DNA from: Veleropilina oligotropha
Taxonomy: Eukaryota
NCBI GenBank assembly: GCA_048128005.1
Contig: JBEUKZ010000060.1
Span: 372,001 to 436,000 of the forward strand
Length of the DNA: 64,000 bases
Reading direction: 5' to 3'
Shown here: positions 58,780 through 64,000 of the stretch, in pieces
Numbering within the stretch: position 1 is the first letter of the stretch
Layout: each line of letters starts with the position of its first letter
Notes under the pieces: generated by a model
Databases searched by the model: none
What the model was told of the DNA's origin: nothing
Seen by the model: only the letters and a program-made list of their open reading frames with translations
Position numbers and translations under genes: made by a program

Positions 58780-61500
58780 GCAGAAACGAAGCGTATAGGC
58801 GCATCAACTAAGAACCTGTTCGATCTGCCTGTATCACTGACCTATCAAGTTTTACCATTCTTTGGTAATTCAGCCACAACTGACTTGTCTTGGACCAAGC
58901 ACCAAGTTCCATCTTCCTTTTCTCCAGTTGAGCCTGTTCGTATTTTCGACCGAGGGTCTCTGGTGTGATCACACTTTCTAACGTCATCTCACCGTTCAAT
59001 AGCGCAGTATATATATACATCTTTTCAACCACTGCTGCGAATTATAGGTAACATGACCTAACGTTAGCTAACTTTTCAAGTTGAACGATTTTATGAACAA
59101 AACAACAGCGAACGGTCATACACACAACATGGCTTCCAATAGACCTAATAAAAAAACATATTAATTTTTTTTTAATCTTTATTTTCGTTTTATGCTATCT
59201 CTTATTGTAAATAACAATAACTTTAGCGGAAAATCGGGTGAAGGGGTGTAATTTATCTTACGATGGCTATATCAGGTAAAATTAACTATATACTAAATGT
59301 ACATGTAGTTAATTTTAATAGTTAAAACGATAGAGTATATGCAACGCGTATACGTTCAATGCTAAAATCATTATGAGATTAAAATGCAGATATATGCAGA
59401 TAAAATGCAGATATATAATCGAGAGACTTTTTTATTTGTTGGGATGGCGGAAATAGTACAAACATATACTTTCCACTGACCTCAAATCAAATAAATCTAA
59501 AAGATGTCGTTTACTCAGATACCAACTAGCGTTCATTATCCAATAAATCTTTAGGTGACGGTAGCTGACGTTCGCTTCTATTGAACTCGGATCAGAGCGT
59601 TCTGGAAAACCACAACAAAATGTGATGTGTAAACAGGTAAAGGATAAGTGAAGCTCGGTAAGATTTATAATTACATACTATATGAAACATATAATGACGA
59701 TGTTCTATTTTAAATGAAGGCCTACATGATTTGGCCTACATGATTAACTAGACACTGTTTGTGAAAAGAAACGTTTACGTTTCCGCCAAGATGTAAACAT
59801 TGATAATGATACTGATACTAGTGTCTTCTTCCTTTTGTGTACATAATTTTGTGATATAATATTTACATACATATGTAAAGTACACATATGTGTAATTATG
59901 TGCATATGAACCAGACTTATGACGCAGTAGCTGTGCGAGATATTGACTTTGCCCTCTCCACATCGCATGAAGTTCTGGAGATACAAGGCGTTTCGGACAC
60001 GCATTATCCAGTCAAATTAGGTGAAAAAATGCTCAACATCAAACTTTTTAAATTTCATGTTTGTATACAGAGCAATACCTTGTCGATAACATACTAAATC
60101 TATTAAGGCCAAGTCGCAGGGGAACATAGCTAAAATTGCTCATATCTGACACTATGTTTGTTACCTTTTAAACATATTTTGAGAAAACATAAATAAAGCA
60201 TTATCAATATTTTTAACACCAGCAATGTCATTACGATGCATAAACTAATCAATTTGATGTCATTTGAACTCTTGTTGATATATTTATACCACAAACATAA
60301 TTATATAATTACTAACAGATTTACTAACAGCATGGCAGAGTGGATACGGTACTTGTCTACTAAACCGGAGGTCACCAGTTCAAGCCCTGGGAGCGCCAGG
60401 GATTTTTCCTATGATCACTGCCTTCATTGCATTTTTCCTATGATCACTGCCTTCATTGCACACAGCACCAATTCATCTCATTCAAAGATGAATGACCTGA
60501 TTTATAACTGAAGTACTGTTGGCGTGGTCGTTAAACATCAATTCATCATTATCATCTTATTTGAACATTTCAGATGTGTCATCAAATTTACCATTGGCAG
60601 CAGTAGTTAGACGTTGGAAGATTGGTTTTGGATCAATATGAATTGTTTCTCTATCAACTTTAGAACAGTGTTTCGAGCTCATTGTGATGATCTGATTTGA
60701 TTTCTTAAAATTGTACTATAGTAGAACGTACATGACTCTTTTCGGTCATGGATTCAAATTGACAATGATATGTGCGCCAACATAGTGAGCTGTATCAGCA
60801 TTCACACAATGATATACGATTCAATGTTTCGTAGATAAGGGTCTTCAATAAATGGCTTTCTTCCAAAGAAATGATAAAAATGTGGTAATGTCCTTTTTGT
60901 CACGTTCGTTCTTGGTACTTGAAGACTCCTTGTGTTGTTCGATAGAATGATATCTTGTAGCTTAATTCTTGGAGAATGTCGACACTAAGAGGGCAATTGA
61001 GATCATTACTTTTCATTCCTCGACCGCTCGTCAAGCCGCCTGACGTTTTTATTCCTCTCATAAGAGTCGACCTTCTTAAGCATTTGATTACATGAAAGCC
61101 ATGTCCAGTAACGATAGCTTCTTCTTTGAAAATGATGACCAGTTTTGTACAGGCATATGCATCTGGGTGTCCGGTGATCTTTTTTCCAGATCACACATTT
61201 TGATAGGTAAGCGTTTTCTGATTTTGCATATAAATTAGGCCAGCGGATGCTAAATATGGCAACAATGCATAAAATTAATGGTTTGTAACTGAAGAGCCCA
61301 AGTACCTGTCCTTTCTGATTTTATGAAACAATGTAGAATGGATCTTATTTCAGAATACTGTATCAAAAGTGCGAGAGTGTTCAACAGTGTTCAAGCTCTT
61401 TCTCCCAGCATCTGTTGATCAAATGTTTTATGAACATTATTTTGTCATATAGATTCCACTATAATTTCTGACTATATCAGTTGATTGTAATACTCATGTA
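58780..61500 (-). pseudogene. Academ-like transposase remnants (58780-59040 and about 60570-61500)
   Basis: SKTSQLWLNYQRMV..IQADRTGS; FIKSERTGTWALQL..PYLASAG.NLYAKS; GHHFQRRSYRYW. Confidence 0.5.
60325..60555 (+). mobile_element. tRNA-derived SINE
   Basis: A box TGGCAGAGTGG, B box AGTTCAAGCCC, and tail GTCGTTAAACATCAATTCATC. Confidence 0.6.
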
Positions 61501-62599
61501 TATGTGCTCAATTTAATCTTATTGTTTAAATTCTTTAGAGCCTTAATTGCTGTTTAGTATACTTTGCACAAAAAACTTTATTTTAGACACTAGGGGGCAG
61601 TAGCGTCTTCAAATTCAAGTATCTATTAACGGAAACTATTTATATAACTGAGAAACCTATTTAATTGAGATATTACGACCCAATATCAACAAAAGTCGTC
61701 ACTTGTTTAAAACATACAATGGCCTCTATGGGCCTCCATACATAGAAACTGCTCGCACTCAAATGTTCTTTTTCAATACTATTTCTCTTTAATGTCATTT
61801 ATACTTCATATTTTAATTTTCTAGCCCTTTATATATGTTCTCTTGTGAAGAAAATATATATATATAAATATAAAGAATCGAAATGTTAGCAAATAAAAGT
61901 AAATTGTAAACATATAAAGTGCAGCGTAGCAGCCGAAAAATAAATGCGTCGTGAGTCAATGTTTCCTGGTACAATATACACATACATGTGTGCATCGCTA
62001 ATCTAAAACACGTTTCTGTGTTCAACAAAGTCTACAACGTGATATAAATATTTTATAGTGCATGGAAATAAGACTTTTAGCTAATACACCCACTGCATGA
62101 ATTACCTCCCTTTTCATGTATGAAAGTCTGACACAAAATTGCTTTTGATGTCAATAATTGAAACTTTGATCGACAAATTACACATGTTCCCCCACCGATA
62201 TTTCTTAATAGTTTTTATATGTTGTTTATGTAGTTATTATGACTGTTTCGCACAAATATTGTTTCTGTTGCAATTAGTTTGATGTTAAAATGCAAATTGA
62301 CTGGACTATATACGTCAATATGTGCTTTGCCATATACTGTACTTGAAATTCTGAACTCATCTCTGTGGCATGACTGTTACCTGGGACCACTATACAAGCT
62401 GTTACATAGAATATCTGCAAGGCTGTTAGTACAGACAGAGCATCTTGAAACCTGGTGGCAATGATGTCAGTGCATGCCAGCAGTTGTGCACTGAGAGGCA
62501 ATGAAAACGCAAATTGAAAGAATAAGGCTATTTAATTATACAATGAAGCAAAATAATGTGTTTTATCACAATCTGACATGGCGGACAAACATTTACGTA

Positions 62600-63590
62600 C
62601 TCGAGAGTGATTTCAGAAATCAGGTCATTACATGGGTTCACAAAAACTGTCAATACCTTGTGTGATCACCCTGTGCTCTGACATGCACGGTTGTAAGCGA
62701 CGTGGCATAGAGAAACATTGATGCGGAATTAGAGCTTGTGCCAACCCAGTGGTGTTGCAAAGCTTCTGTAAGTTCTGCAACATTACGTGGCGGGTTCTTT
62801 TCAATGTCGAACACGGCGTCCAAGTTCGTAACACAGATGCTCCATGGGGCCATGTCCGGAGATATGGATGGCCACAGTATATAACACTGTCATATTATTG
62901 TCGTTCAGGAAATCCTGTGTGAACCTGGCTGTATGCGGTCACGCATTGTCATGGTGGAACACGAGGCTGTTGTTTCCATGTTGACGAAGTAGTGGTACGA
63001 GAACAGGCTGAAGAATGATGTTACTGTAACGCTGAGCATTCAGGTTTCTGAGAACAATGACAAGATGCGATCGAAAACTAGCATTGATCGCCCCCCAGAC
63101 CAAGATACCACCGTCACTAAATCGATCTCTCTCTAAAACTCAGTTCCGCACAAATTGTTCGTCATTACGTCGGTACACGTGGTGATGTCCATCTGGAAAG
63201 CTGACGTTGAAGTGTGATTCGTCAGAGAAAAAGACATAAATTTGTCCATTGTCTCTGCTCAAAAGACATCCTGCTGAAGCCCAACACTGTCTTGCAAGCC
63301 TGTTTCCGTGCATCAAAGTCTGACCTTGATATGGACGACGTTCACGGATGCCTTTCGTTGACAGATGTCGGATGGCTATGTGTGATTTGACGATCCTGTC
63401 ATGTTGTCGTCACACGTTGCGCACCTGGACGTGGCTGATCTTCCACTCGTCCCGTAAGTCGATGACGTGTCTCTAAGCGTTGAATTATCGATTGATGGAC
63501 ACGAAAATGGAGCGCAACTTGGTGAGGTCTCATTCCTGCGAAAAGCATCTCAATAGCATGGTTCCTCTCGTCCATATCGAGGCATGGCAT
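62600..63590 (-). pseudogene. Tc1/mariner transposase pseudogene
   Basis: HTH MPCLDMDERNHAIEML..RPGAQRVTT; FSDESHF; VWGAI; HDNA.PH; WP..SPDMAP.E; multiple frameshifts. Confidence 0.85.
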
Positions 63591-64000
63591 AATGATGATA
63601 CTGGCAGTGCATGCTAATAGCATTTTGCCTGTGGCTTTTTAATAAAGGCCGCAGGGCTAGAAATTCAAATTTAAAATCACTGGTCCAATGGACCACCAGG
63701 AATTTTAAACACTGGTCAAATTAAAAATTTGCTGGTCATAAAGTAATGATCAATATCATATATATTACATAGGCTATAATAATAACTATACAATTAGCTA
63801 ATGTATGTGATAACAATTAACAGAAAACGGGTCTGGAAAAAAAACAATGATTCACTGGACCACCATGTGTTAAAAATGACTGGTCTTCTGCAATGTTGAC
63901 TGTTTTGAGACCAGTAAAACCATTCTTATTTCGAGCCCTGTAGGGCTTCAATCACTACTTTTCACGTGCAACATCAAGTTTGAAATTCGGGTTATGATTA

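Noticed and set aside
37797..60555. tRNA genes at the A/B-box sites (37797, 48698, 54021, 54483, 60325)
   Set aside because: No complete cloverleaf forms, and each site continues into a SINE body and tail.
63652..63940. hAT-type MITE (CAGGGCT..AGCCCTG)
   Set aside because: Short TIRs are present, but no matching 8-bp TSD could be verified, so it is left unannotated.

Overview
AT-rich, repeat-dense animal genomic DNA, probably from a marine invertebrate such as a mollusc (inferred only from the repeat families). The centrepiece is a complete, young Maverick/Polinton (adintovirus-like endogenous virus) at 14478-30550. It has 683-bp near-identical TIRs (AGTAGT...ACTACT) and a 6-bp TSD (GAGAAG). 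It encodes a PC4-like protein, a small membrane protein, a chromodomain integrase, penton, a basic core-like protein, major capsid protein, a frameshifted adenain protease, a packaging ATPase, two small proteins and a 1523-aa protein-primed PolB. The TIRs appear to carry a promoter plus a leader exon and intron, and the 3.8-kb ORF-free right arm looks like a multi-exon spliced leader feeding PolB. The Maverick lies next to a decayed DIRS element, and both appear nested in an old Harbinger transposon. The rest of the window is nested LINEs (CR1, L2, RTE), tRNA-derived SINEs, MITEs, Academ-like and Tc1 remnants, and one host gene: a secreted kynurenine formamidase/cyclase-family gene with two coding exons (48177-53875). 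All calls come from reading the sequence by eye; no database searches were run.
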